45,451 nucleotides of DNA, from positions 1-45,451 of the forward strand of contig DATKBL010000047.1 of NCBI GenBank assembly GCA_035513995.1. Reading direction: 5' to 3'. Of this stretch, positions 1-8,538 are shown piece after piece; positions within the stretch are counted from its first letter, which is position 1, and every line of letters begins with the position of its first letter. The stretch is from Actinomycetota bacterium. GTDB taxonomy: Bacteria > Actinomycetota > UBA4738 > CALAEC01. Both the position numbers and the translations under genes were made by a program. Under the pieces are notes generated by a model. It was not told the DNA's origin. It saw nothing but the letters and a program-made list of their open reading frames with translations, and did no database searches.

Positions 1-55
1 GCATTCAGCGCATTTCCACCTCCCTCTGGGCCGGGCCCCCCGACCCCCTCCGCGC

Positions 56-61
56 TACAGT
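56..61 (+). promoter_or_regulatory. -10-like hexamer TACAGT, 6 nt upstream of ATG 68 (leaderless-type geometry)
   Basis: TANNNT hexamer. Spacer ccctcc then ATG. No Shine-Dalgarno in between. Confidence 0.3.
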
Positions 62-67
62 CCCTCC

Positions 68-382
68 ATGCGCGTCCTGCTCGTTCTCGGTCTTGCGCTG
101 ACCGCCGCGTGCTCCTCGTCGCCCGCGGGAGAGCGGGCTCCCGTCCCCCGAGAGGTCACAGGCGTGATCATCGACGTCGAGCGCGGCGACGCGGGCGCGA
201 TCACGGCCTTCACGGCGAGGGAGGATGGCGGCTCCACTTACGACATCCACATCGACCCGGCGCGCGACTACGGGTTCGACCTCGAGCATCTCGTGGAGCA
301 CCAGACGACCGGCGACCCGGTCATCGTCACCACCGAGGACCGAGACGGGACCGCCTACGCCTTCCAGATCATCGACGCCTAA
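68..382 (+). CDS. small secreted or lipoprotein-like hypothetical protein (104 aa)
   Basis: ATG start. N-terminal hydrophobic signal MRVLLVLGLALTAAC with a lipobox-like Cys. Protein-like composition. The stop overlaps the UPF0182 stop (CTAA). Confidence 0.6.
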   Translation: MRVLLVLGLALTAACSSSPAGERAPVPREVTGVIIDVERGDAGAITAFTAREDGGSTYDIHIDPARDYGFDLEHLVEHQTTGDPVIVTTEDRDGTAYAFQIIDA

Positions 383-3201
383 GAGCCGTCCTCGAGGCCG
401 GAGGCCTCCACCGCCGCGGCGATCGCCTCCTCCGCGAGATCGATCTCCCGCTGGTACTCGCCGAGGTTGCCCCGCTCCAGCGCCGCCTGGGCCAGGTCGA
501 AGTGGCGCTGGGCCTCGGCGAGCAGCTCCTGGATCGTCTGCGGGACGGGCTCTCCGGGCTCGGTGGGCTCCTCCGGGTCGGTGGGCTCCTCCGGCTCCTC
601 CTCCTCGAGCCCGAAGGCGCTGGCGAGCGCCTCCTCCAGCGTCGGCTCCATCACCACGGTGTCGCCGTTCACGACGACGACCCGCTGGAGCTCCGGGATC
701 GCGGACTCGGCCTGCGAGGACTCGAGGTACAGCGGCTGCACGTAGAGGAACGAGCGCCCGACCGGGATCGCGAGCAGGTCCCCGTAGATCACGTTGGAGC
801 CGAGCTGGTCGAGCAGGCTCACCTCACGGGCGATGTCCGTCTCCTGCGAGATGAAGGCCGCCACATTCTGCGGACCGGGGACGTTCCGCTCCAGGGGGAA
901 CTCGAACGACAGCATGCGGCCGTACTCGTCGGGATCGGAGACGGCGGCCATCCACGCCACCATGTTCGGGCGGTCGGCCGGCGTGAACGGGATGAAGAGC
1001 ATGAACCGCTCGCCGGCGGACTCCTCCCCCGGCACCGGGAGCAGGACGTAGTAGGGCTCGAGCGGCCGGGGCTCGATCTCGGGATCCTGGGCCACGATCG
1101 GCACCGCCCAGAAGTCCTCCTTCAGATAGAACTGGCCGGGCGCCGTCACGTGGTAGTTGGCGAACTGGGTGGCCTGCACCAGGAACATGTCCTCGGGGTA
1201 GCGGAAGTGCTCGCGGAGCTCCGGCGAGGCCTCCTCCAAGGGGGTGAAGAGGTCGGGGAAGACCTCCGCCCAGGCCTGGATCAGGGGGTCCTCCTCGTCG
1301 ATCAGGTAGTAGGTCGTCGTCCCCTCGTAGGCGTCCACGACCACCTTCACCGAGTTCCGGATGTAGTTGGCGCGACCCTGGAGGTTGTCGGCGGTGGGCC
1401 CCGCGAGGTCGATGATCTCCGAATACGGGTAGCGGTCGGTGGTCGTGTACGCGTCCCAGATCCACACGATGCGCCCGTCCACGATCGCCGAGTAGGGGTC
1501 GTGGTCGTAGCTGAGGAAGGGGGCGATCTTGGGGACCCGGGTGGGGATGTCGGTGTTGATGAGGATCCGGCTGTCCTCGTTCACCAGGCCCGAGATCAGC
1601 AAGTTGACGTCCCTGTACCGCCAGGCGAACGCCAGGCGACGGAAGAGGCCGCTCACCTCGATGCCGCCCTCGCCCTGGTAGTTCGTTCGGGCGAACTGGT
1701 TCGAGCCGACGGGGAAGTCGAGCTCGGGCTGGTCCGTGTTGACGAGGAGGTAGGGGACGTCGGAGCTCTCCCCGAAGTAGACGCGCGGCTGCTCCACGGT
1801 CCCGCTGAGTTCCCCGGCGGGAGGGATGTCCCGGAGCAGGAACCGCGGCGTTCCCGAGGTGGTGAGCTGATCGGCCCGGCTCACGGCCACCCCGTACCCA
1901 TGCGTGTACACGAGGTGGCGGTTCTGCCACGTCTGACCGCCGCCCTGGATGTTGTCCTGGTTGATCTCCCGCGGCGCGATCATCGTCAGGACCCTCTCCC
2001 CATCGATCTCGTAGCGATCGACGTCCACGTCCTCGAACTCGTAGTAGGGCCGGATCCGCTGGAGCTGGTGGTAGACCGATCGCAGCACCGCCGGGTTCCA
2101 GAGACGGATGTCCTCCACGGTGGCCCGATTCACCTCCAGCTCTTCGGGGGAGAGCTCGGGTTCCGCGGCGAAGGATTGGCTCTCGATCCGGTCCAGCCCG
2201 TAGGCGCGGCGCGTGAACTCGATGTTGCGGGCGATGAACTCTCGTTCGCGCTGTAGCTCCTGCGGGTCCACACGCAGTCGCTGGATCGCGGCGGGCCACA
2301 CGGCCCCCGCGAGCACGGAGGTCAGCACGAGCAGCCCCAACCCGATCGCCGGCAGCGCCCACCCCCGGAACCGGATGTTCACCAAGAACAGGACCGTCAC
2401 GATGATCGATATCACCACCAGGAGCTGCAGCGCCGGAAGCTGCGCGTTGATGTCCGTGTACGAGGCCCCCGTCACGGTGCCGCGCGGCGAGAGCAGCAGG
2501 TCGAACTGTCCCAGCCGGTAGCCCCACGCCCTGACCAGCACGATGAGCCCGAGGAGGACCGAGAGATGGGCCTTCACCTGCGGCGTCACCCGCTCAGCCA
2601 CCGCGCGGAACCGGATCCCGCCCCACAGGTAGTAGGCCGCCGCCGTCACCACGGTCACGGCCACCAGCGAGGAGAAGAGCCAGGACTGGATGAACAGGTG
2701 GAACGGCAGGGCCAGGGCATGGAAAGAGACGTCTCGCCCGAAGACGGGGTCGGTCACCCCGAAGGACACGCTCCCGGCCGCGCGCCACTGCTGGAAGGTC
2801 TCCCACTGCGCCGCGACGCCGGCCGCGGCGAAGAGCGCGAGCAGGATGGAGACCCCGAGCAGGAGCCATCGGGTGTAGGGCTCCAGGACGACCCTGTAGC
2901 GCTCCACCGCCTCCTCTCCGGGCGCGAACACCTGGTAGCGCGGCCGGATCGCCCGAGCGATCAGCAGGTTCGCGTAGAGGAGCACGAAGAAGAGGGCCCC
3001 GAACGCGGCCGCAAGGAAGATCCGCGACCAGAAGATGGTCCAGAACACGTTCGAGTAGCCGACCTCGCGGAACCAGAGGACGTCCGCGTAGAAGCCGGAG
3101 AGCGCCCCGAGCGCGACGACGAGGGCGAGGAGGGTCCCGCCGAGCCACAGCAGCCAGCGGCGTCTCGGCGCGCTCCCTCGGGGAGGTGGAGGACGGTCCA
3201 A
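379..3201 (-). CDS. UPF0182 family large integral membrane protein (940 aa)
   Basis: Multiple N-terminal TM helices with DVLWFREVGYSNVFW, a long extracytoplasmic region and an acidic Pro/Glu tail, typical of actinobacterial UPF0182 proteins. The longest-ORF start is TTG (caa at 3199-3201), so the exact start is uncertain. Confidence 0.85.
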   Translation of the reverse strand: MDRPPPPRGSAPRRRWLLWLGGTLLALVVALGALSGFYADVLWFREVGYSNVFWTIFWSRIFLAAAFGALFFVLLYANLLIARAIRPRYQVFAPGEEAVERYRVVLEPYTRWLLLGVSILLALFAAAGVAAQWETFQQWRAAGSVSFGVTDPVFGRDVSFHALALPFHLFIQSWLFSSLVAVTVVTAAAYYLWGGIRFRAVAERVTPQVKAHLSVLLGLIVLVRAWGYRLGQFDLLLSPRGTVTGASYTDINAQLPALQLLVVISIIVTVLFLVNIRFRGWALPAIGLGLLVLTSVLAGAVWPAAIQRLRVDPQELQREREFIARNIEFTRRAYGLDRIESQSFAAEPELSPEELEVNRATVEDIRLWNPAVLRSVYHQLQRIRPYYEFEDVDVDRYEIDGERVLTMIAPREINQDNIQGGGQTWQNRHLVYTHGYGVAVSRADQLTTSGTPRFLLRDIPPAGELSGTVEQPRVYFGESSDVPYLLVNTDQPELDFPVGSNQFARTNYQGEGGIEVSGLFRRLAFAWRYRDVNLLISGLVNEDSRILINTDIPTRVPKIAPFLSYDHDPYSAIVDGRIVWIWDAYTTTDRYPYSEIIDLAGPTADNLQGRANYIRNSVKVVVDAYEGTTTYYLIDEEDPLIQAWAEVFPDLFTPLEEASPELREHFRYPEDMFLVQATQFANYHVTAPGQFYLKEDFWAVPIVAQDPEIEPRPLEPYYVLLPVPGEESAGERFMLFIPFTPADRPNMVAWMAAVSDPDEYGRMLSFEFPLERNVPGPQNVAAFISQETDIAREVSLLDQLGSNVIYGDLLAIPVGRSFLYVQPLYLESSQAESAIPELQRVVVVNGDTVVMEPTLEEALASAFGLEEEEPEEPTDPEEPTEPGEPVPQTIQELLAEAQRHFDLAQAALERGNLGEYQREIDLAEEAIAAAVEASGLEDGS
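561..596. repeat. 18-bp tandem duplication (2 units, 17/18 identical) inside the UPF0182 C-terminal tail
   Basis: cggtgggctcctccgggt / cggtgggctcctccggct. Encodes the PEEPTDPEEPTEP acidic-proline linker on the minus strand. Confidence 0.8.
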
Positions 3202-3227
3202 AGCGAGGCCAGCCTATCAGACGAGTG

Positions 3228-4193
3228 TCAGGCGGCCCGTCGGAGGAAGCGGAGCACAGCCTCGACGTCCCCGACCGGCACCACATCGATATCGGTCGCC
3301 GCCGACCGCGCGTCCTCGAGGTTGTCCCTTGGCACGAGGAAGACCTCCGCGCCCGCGTCCATCGCCGCCCGCACCTTCTGCGCCACTCCGCCGACCGAGT
3401 ACACGTTCCCGGCGAGGTCGATCGCGCCCGTGCCCGCGATGTGCCTACCCATGACGAGGTCCTCCTCCGAGAGCAGGTCGTAGACGCCGAGGGTCCACAT
3501 CAGGCCGGCCGACGGCCCGCCGATCCGGCCGCTCTCGATCTCGACCTCGAAGGGGAACGACTCGATGAGGATCACGCCGATGATCGGACGGTCCTCCTCC
3601 TCGGAGACCCGCGGCCGGATCCGGACGCTCCGTTCTTCGCCTCCGGCCTCGACGGTGAAGGCGAGCGCCCGCCGCCCCCCGGTGGCGCGGATCTGCCGGG
3701 AGACGTCGTCGACGTCCTCCACGGGCTCGTCGTCCACCGACACGATCAGGTCGCCCGGGAACAGCTTCCCCGCCGCGGCCGACCCCTCGATCACATCCTG
3801 CACGAGCGCGCCGGTGCCGTGCTCCTCCGGATAGTCGGTGAGTTCGCTCGCGGCGATGCTGACGGCGGCGATCTTGCTCTCGTCCATCTGGGAGCGCGTG
3901 ATCTGCTCGTACTCGCGTTCGGTCCGCTCCCCGAGGATCGCCTCCTCGGGGACGAGCTGCACGGCCGGGTCCCATGCCGCCCACACCGCGTGGAAGACGG
4001 TGGCGCGAGGGATGCTCACCGTGGTGAGCAGGAGGCGCCCGCTGGGCTCGGTCACGCTCACGCCGTCGAGCTGGATCCGAGGGAAGACGTTCTCGGCCGA
4101 GCCGGGGCCCACGGCGAACATCCCGATGTCCACGAGAGCGAGCGCCGCCGCGAGCGAGACCGCCGGCAGGACGGAGAGGAGGAGACGACGCAT
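3228..4193 (-). CDS. PDZ domain + Lon-like S16 serine protease (YlbL/SdrC-like), membrane anchored
   Basis: Start chosen at the internal ATG (cat 4191-4193) giving MRRLLLSVLPAVSLAAALAL as signal/anchor. PDZ-like GDLIVSVDDEPV. Lon proteolytic-domain motif GPSAGLMWTLGVYD ... GTGAIDLAGNVYSVGGV. 26 nt upstream of the UPF0182 gene on the same strand. Confidence 0.8.
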   Translation of the reverse strand: MRRLLLSVLPAVSLAAALALVDIGMFAVGPGSAENVFPRIQLDGVSVTEPSGRLLLTTVSIPRATVFHAVWAAWDPAVQLVPEEAILGERTEREYEQITRSQMDESKIAAVSIAASELTDYPEEHGTGALVQDVIEGSAAAGKLFPGDLIVSVDDEPVEDVDDVSRQIRATGGRRALAFTVEAGGEERSVRIRPRVSEEEDRPIIGVILIESFPFEVEIESGRIGGPSAGLMWTLGVYDLLSEEDLVMGRHIAGTGAIDLAGNVYSVGGVAQKVRAAMDAGAEVFLVPRDNLEDARSAATDIDVVPVGDVEAVLRFLRRAA

Positions 4194-4200
4194 CCGAGCA

Positions 4201-4206
4201 ATCGTA
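4201..4206 (-). promoter_or_regulatory. -10-like hexamer TACGAT, 7 nt upstream of ATG 4193
   Basis: Plus-strand atcgta is TACGAT on the minus strand. No SD between the hexamer and the start. Confidence 0.3.
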
Positions 4207-4244
4207 CGCCGGTCGGCATGGAATCCCGCCACGTGGGAACATCG

Positions 4245-4535
4245 ATGGCCATGGAATTCGCGCTGCTGGTCGGGACCGCGGGCCTCGTCGGGTGGCTGCT
4301 CTGGCAGCTGACCGCCGGCGCCGGGGATACCGGGTGGGCCGACGTGGCCGATCTCGAGGCTCCCGCAGCCGACATCCGATCGCTGCACGCGACCCCCGAC
4401 GAGCGCTCCCACCCCGCGGTGGCCGCGACGCTGCTCGTGCTCTCGGTCCTGGTCTTGGCCTTCGGGGTGGCAGCGGGGACGTACTGGGCCGGGCGCTTCC
4501 TGTTCGCACAGCTCGGCCAGATGCTCGGGTTCTAG
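4245..4535 (+). CDS. small two-TM membrane protein (96 aa), hypothetical
   Basis: Tail of the 3186..4535 ORF. High third-position GC. Two hydrophobic helices (FALLVGTAGLVGWLLW and AATLLVLSVLVLAFGVAAG). Alternative in-frame ATG at 4218. The stop shares CTAG with the DUF1028 stop. Confidence 0.5.
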   Translation: MAMEFALLVGTAGLVGWLLWQLTAGAGDTGWADVADLEAPAADIRSLHATPDERSHPAVAATLLVLSVLVLAFGVAAGTYWAGRFLFAQLGQMLGF

Positions 4536-5386
4536 CCAGGCGTCACGTCGCGGATCTCGTTCACGAGCGAACCGGAGATCAGCTCGTCGTCCCGGAGACG
4601 CCCCTCGAGGTTGTACTCACCCGCGAACCCCCCGATCGCGGCCCGGGTGGCGGCATCGTACTCGCCGTGGGCCTCACCCGAGTATCGGCCGAGCTCGCCC
4701 AGGCGGTGCTGGAGGTCGGCCACGAGGTCGGGGGTCGCCTCGAGCAGAGGGTCGTTCCGGACGAGCATCTCGCGGTCGTAGACCTCCACGAGCTCCGCCA
4801 GCTCGCCGACCGCGCCCGGATGGTCGTCGATCCGCAGATCCACGTATCGGTCCGTGTAGCCCCCGTACCCGCCGCCCACCCGGACCACGAGGATCGCGGC
4901 CGACTGCCGTCCTCGCCGGTCGCCCCCGGCCGCGTCCCCCGCCACGAGCGCCGCGAGCAGTCGATCGAGGAGGTCGCCGTCGGCGGTCTCGTACGCCTCG
5001 GCCATCGCCTCGACCACCTCGGGCCCGACCAGGATGTTCCCCTGGCACGCGAAGCCCTCCCCCACGTGCCCCCCGGCCCACTCCATGCACCCCTCACCCG
5101 TGAACGTGGCCACGAGACCCTGAGCGTCCACCACGCCCACCTGGCGCTGGGCCCGCCCCTCATCCTCGTCGAGCATCTGGCGAAGGGCGTCGTTCGCCTC
5201 GGCCCCGCCGTCCATCAGCTCGAGACCTCGCGGGCCGAACGACGTGTTCGCCCAGGATTGCGTGGCGACGGCCCCCACGCCGGCGCGGGCCCACGGGACG
5301 ACCGCCCCCACGGCCGGAAACTTCGAGGCGACCGCCACCCCCCAGTCGCCGGCCTCCAGGTCGCAGGCCACGATGGAGAACGTCAT
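4532..5386 (-). CDS. DUF1028 (Ntn-hydrolase fold) protein with C-terminal peptidoglycan-binding-like repeat
   Basis: MTFSIVACDLEAGDWGVAVASKFPAVGAVVPWARAGVGAVATQ is the characteristic DUF1028 N-terminus (Thr2 after Met). The C-terminus LQHRLGELGRYSGEAHGEYDAATRAAI resembles PG_binding_1. The ATG overlaps the mreB stop (ATGA). Confidence 0.75.
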   Translation of the reverse strand: MTFSIVACDLEAGDWGVAVASKFPAVGAVVPWARAGVGAVATQSWANTSFGPRGLELMDGGAEANDALRQMLDEDEGRAQRQVGVVDAQGLVATFTGEGCMEWAGGHVGEGFACQGNILVGPEVVEAMAEAYETADGDLLDRLLAALVAGDAAGGDRRGRQSAAILVVRVGGGYGGYTDRYVDLRIDDHPGAVGELAELVEVYDREMLVRNDPLLEATPDLVADLQHRLGELGRYSGEAHGEYDAATRAAIGGFAGEYNLEGRLRDDELISGSLVNEIRDVTPG

Positions 5387-6381
5387 CGCGCGAACAGCCC
5401 CGGGGCGTCGGCCGGGAGGTCGAGGCACTTCCCGGCGCCCAGCACGACCGTCTCGAGCGGCGAGTCGGTGAGGTGCACCGGCACCTCGCACTCCTGGGCG
5501 ATCCGCATGTCCAGCCCGCGCAGCAGCCCCCCGCCGCCGGTGAGGAACATGCCCCGCTCCAGCACATCGTGACCGAGCTCGGGCGCGCTCGAGGACAAGC
5601 AGTCGCGCGCGGCGTCCACGATGTGGGTGACCTGATCCGAGATGGCCTCGCGGATCTCCTCCTGGGTGAGCTGCACCTCCTTGGGCATCCCCGAGGTGAT
5701 CTCACGGCCTCGGACCTTGAAGGGCGGAAGGTCGCCGGCTGGGTACGCGGTACCGACCTCGAACTTCACCGTCTCGGACGCTCGCTCCCCGATCGCCAGC
5801 CCGTAGCGCTGGCGGAGGTAGAGCTGGATCGCCTCGTCGAGGTCGAAGCCGCCCACGCGCCTCGAGCGCGCCTCGACGATGCCCCCCATCGAGATCATCG
5901 CCACCTCGGTCGTGCCGCCGCCTACGTCCACGAGCAGGTTCCCGAGGGGCTCGTGGATCGGGAGGCCGGCCCCGATCGCTCCGGCCATCGGCTCCTCGAT
6001 CAGCTGGACCGACCTGGCGCCGCCCGAGGTCGTGGCCTCGCTCACCGCCCGCCGCTCCACCTCGGTGATCGCCGACGGGACGCACAGGAGCACCCGGGGC
6101 TTGTGAAAGCGGGTCGCGCCGACGCCCCGCAGGATCAGCCGCATCATCTGCGCGGTGAGCTCGTAGTCGGTGATGGCGCCGCTCCGGAGGGGACGGACGG
6201 CGACGATGTTGGCGGGGGTGCGCCCGATCATCTCCCAGGCCTCCTCGCCGACCGCCAGGACCGACCCGTCGCGCCCGTTCACGGCGAGCACGGTGGGCTG
6301 GTTGAGGATGATCCCCTCGTCCTGCGAGAAGACCAGCGTGTTCGCGGTCCCCAGGTCGATGGCAAGGTCGCCCGCGCGCAT
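5383..6381 (-). CDS. mreB: rod-shape-determining actin homologue MreB
   Basis: DLAIDLGTANTLV, VAVRPLRSGAITDY, LLVDVGGGTTEVA and FLTGGGGLLRGLD are the canonical MreB/actin-fold phosphate and adenosine motifs. 332 aa. Confidence 0.93.
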   Translation of the reverse strand: MRAGDLAIDLGTANTLVFSQDEGIILNQPTVLAVNGRDGSVLAVGEEAWEMIGRTPANIVAVRPLRSGAITDYELTAQMMRLILRGVGATRFHKPRVLLCVPSAITEVERRAVSEATTSGGARSVQLIEEPMAGAIGAGLPIHEPLGNLLVDVGGGTTEVAMISMGGIVEARSRRVGGFDLDEAIQLYLRQRYGLAIGERASETVKFEVGTAYPAGDLPPFKVRGREITSGMPKEVQLTQEEIREAISDQVTHIVDAARDCLSSSAPELGHDVLERGMFLTGGGGLLRGLDMRIAQECEVPVHLTDSPLETVVLGAGKCLDLPADAPGLFAR

Positions 6382-6387
6382 CCGGCC

Positions 6388-6393
6388 ATTCTA
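6388..6393 (-). promoter_or_regulatory. -10-like hexamer TAGAAT, 6 nt upstream of the mreB ATG
   Basis: Plus-strand attcta is TAGAAT on the minus strand. Spacer ggccgg then ATG. No SD. Confidence 0.35.
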
Positions 6394-6436
6394 GCCCCGA
6401 CCCCCCGAAGGGCCCGGGTGGGCGGTTCGTCCGAGC

Positions 6437-7288
6437 TCAGGCGAGGGAGCCGCCGCTGGAGAGGTAGCGACCGGCGTCGGGCATGGCCCTGCTCGCCATG
6501 AAGACCGTCTTCGAGACGAGCCGAAGGCCCAGGCGGGTGACCTCCTGGAGGGCGGCCCAGTTCGTCGTCGGGACGACGAGGGTGACGTGCCCGGAGCCGG
6601 CGGCGATCCCCGCGCGCAGGAGCTCCCCCGTGTCGCGACCGTCCCGCACCGCGCCCGGCCCCAGCTTCCCGTCCGGCCAGGCGTAGAGGTAGCCGAGCGG
6701 ATCCTCTCCTCGACGCAGCGCGATCCCGCGGGCGTGCTCTCTGAGGAACGAGTGGTCCTCGGGCCGGGCGACGCCCCGGACCTCCCGGTCGAGCTCGTCC
6801 ACCCACGGGGCGTCGCCCGGCCCGAGCTCGGCGGTCTGGACGGCCTCCGCGGTGCCCGGTTTCCCCTCAAACTCCATCGCGTGCCAGACCGGGAACATCG
6901 ACCTCCGCATGTACAGGGTCTGCGCGCCGGGGAACGGGCTGGCCACCACGCTGAAGATCGAGGACCCGTGGCCCCATGCCAGCGCCTCGTCGAGGAGCGC
7001 CGACCCGATCCCTGAGCCGTGTCGTTCCGTCGCCACCCAGAGCTGCGAGAGGAACCAGACATCGTCGCGGACGATCGCCGAGGCGAACCCGACCGGCCCC
7101 GGGTCCTCGGCCACGAAGACAGCGCCCGTACGGTGGAGGTGACCGAGCGTGACCATCGAGGCCGCGGGGTCCGCGGGGAACTGGTGGAGGGTCTCGGGCT
7201 CGTAGCGGCGAGCCAGCCACTCGCGCCCGGAGATCTGGATCTCGGCCAGGGCGGGGAGGTCCGACTCGTCGGCGCGACGGATCCGCAT
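6437..7288 (-). CDS. GNAT family N-acetyltransferase (two-domain, 283 aa)
   Basis: Internal ATG at 7288 (MRIRRADESDLPALAEI). Acetyl-CoA-binding-type motif LWVATERHGSGIGSALLDEAL. The upstream part of the 656-aa ORF is GC-driven read-through. Confidence 0.7.
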   Translation of the reverse strand: MRIRRADESDLPALAEIQISGREWLARRYEPETLHQFPADPAASMVTLGHLHRTGAVFVAEDPGPVGFASAIVRDDVWFLSQLWVATERHGSGIGSALLDEALAWGHGSSIFSVVASPFPGAQTLYMRRSMFPVWHAMEFEGKPGTAEAVQTAELGPGDAPWVDELDREVRGVARPEDHSFLREHARGIALRRGEDPLGYLYAWPDGKLGPGAVRDGRDTGELLRAGIAAGSGHVTLVVPTTNWAALQEVTRLGLRLVSKTVFMASRAMPDAGRYLSSGGSLA

Positions 7289-7302
7289 GACGAGGGCGAG
7301 CC

Positions 7303-7308
7303 TACAAT
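7303..7308 (+). promoter_or_regulatory. -10-like hexamer TACAAT, 7 nt upstream of ATG 7316
   Basis: TACAAT overlaps the first ATG (7307). The second in-frame ATG (7316) sits at leaderless distance. Confidence 0.35.
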
Positions 7309-8497
7309 GGGGTCCATGGCCGACGAGCCGTTCTCCGACGACGTCTTCAGGGACGTGCCCCTCTTCCGCGAGCTCCAGCGCGTGCTGTTCTCGGGCACCG
7401 GCCCGGTGAACTGGGAGCTGGCCCGGCAGGTGGGGATCGCCACCGCCGTGGGTGAGCGGCCCGACCCCGAGCCCAGCGACGAGGATCGGGCGCTCCTCGA
7501 GCAGACCGTCCGCGCCGCGGAGCTCGCGGTGGCCGACCTGACCGGGCTCGAGCCGCCGCCGGAGGTCTCGAAGGTGACCCCGGTCCGGCGCGCGAGGTGG
7601 GTCGAGGCGAACGTGACCGGGCTGCGCGGGCTGTTCGAGCCGGGCGCCGAGCGGCTCGGGAAGCTGATGCTCGAGACGCCGGGCCACGAGCTCGGGGGCG
7701 AGACGGTCCCCGGCCTCGAGAGTCTCGCCGGCCTGGGGACGATGATGGGCCGGATGGCGCCGCTCCTGATGGGCACCCAGGTGGGGATGGTGCTCGGGAT
7801 GCTGGGGCGACGCGCGCTCGGCCAGTACGACCTCGCGGTCCCCCGCGAGGGCCAGGACGCGCTGCTGTTCGTGGTCCCCGCGCTCGAGGAGCTCGAGCGG
7901 GAGTGGGACCTGCCGCGCGACGAGGTGCGCGCGTGGGTGGCCCTCCACGAGGTGACGCACGCCTTCCAGCTCGGGCGTCCGTGGGCGCGGGAGCACTTCC
8001 TCGAGCAGGTCCGCGAGCTCGCGGCGGGGATGGAGTTCGACCTCTCGGGGCTCGAAGAGCGGCTGGCCGGCGTCGACCTCTCGGACCCCGAGCGCCTCCA
8101 GGACGCGCTCGGGGACCCCGCCGACCTCCTCGGGCAGAAGCTCACCGACGAGCAGCGCCTCCTGATGCGCCGGATCCAGGCGCTCATGGCGGTGGCGGAG
8201 GCGCACGCCGATCACGTGCTCGAGGTGCTGGGCGGCCGCATGCTCTCGAGCTCGGCCCGGATCGAGGAGGCGATGCTCCGCCGCCGCGAGACCCGCGGCG
8301 AGCACGAGCGGATGGCCGAGCGTCTGCTCGGGTTCGAGCTGACCGAGGAGCACCACCGACTGGCCCGCGACTTCGTGGAGCGCGTGGTCGAGGCCACCGA
8401 CGAGCACACGCTGGCCGCGATGTGGGAGAGCCCCGACAGCCTGCCCTCGATGCCGGAGCTCGAAGAGCCCGCGCTCTGGCTCTCGCGCACGGCCTGA
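7307..8497 (+). CDS. zinc-dependent metalloprotease of the DUF2342 (F420-biosynthesis-associated hydrolase) family
   Basis: HEVTHAFQ zinc motif and an overall actinobacterial DUF2342-like sequence (PVNWELARQVGIA...). The start may be ATG 7316 instead of 7307. Divergent from the GNAT gene with only an 18-bp gap. Confidence 0.7.
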   Translation: MGSMADEPFSDDVFRDVPLFRELQRVLFSGTGPVNWELARQVGIATAVGERPDPEPSDEDRALLEQTVRAAELAVADLTGLEPPPEVSKVTPVRRARWVEANVTGLRGLFEPGAERLGKLMLETPGHELGGETVPGLESLAGLGTMMGRMAPLLMGTQVGMVLGMLGRRALGQYDLAVPREGQDALLFVVPALEELEREWDLPRDEVRAWVALHEVTHAFQLGRPWAREHFLEQVRELAAGMEFDLSGLEERLAGVDLSDPERLQDALGDPADLLGQKLTDEQRLLMRRIQALMAVAEAHADHVLEVLGGRMLSSSARIEEAMLRRRETRGEHERMAERLLGFELTEEHHRLARDFVERVVEATDEHTLAAMWESPDSLPSMPELEEPALWLSRTA

Positions 8498-8526
8498 CCC
8501 CGTTCGAGCCGCTCCAGCCCCTCTGC

Positions 8527-8532
8527 TATCCT
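8527..8532 (+). promoter_or_regulatory. -10-like hexamer TATCCT, 6 nt upstream of GTG 8539
   Basis: TANNNT. Spacer cgcgcc then GTG. No SD. Confidence 0.3.
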
Positions 8533-8538
8533 CGCGCC

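Noticed and set aside
109-2256. 715-aa ORF on the plus strand opposite UPF0182, and similar giant shadow ORFs: 15839..18490 (+, 883 aa), 18897..21401 (+, 834 aa), 27511..29673 (-, 720 aa), 37022..40618 (+, 1198 aa), 6391..8187 (-, 598 aa).
   Set aside because: Their translations are Arg/Pro/Gly/Ala-rich low-complexity strings with no motifs. They lie antisense or out of frame to genes with clear family signatures. They are the expected stop-codon-poor frames of a very GC-rich genome.
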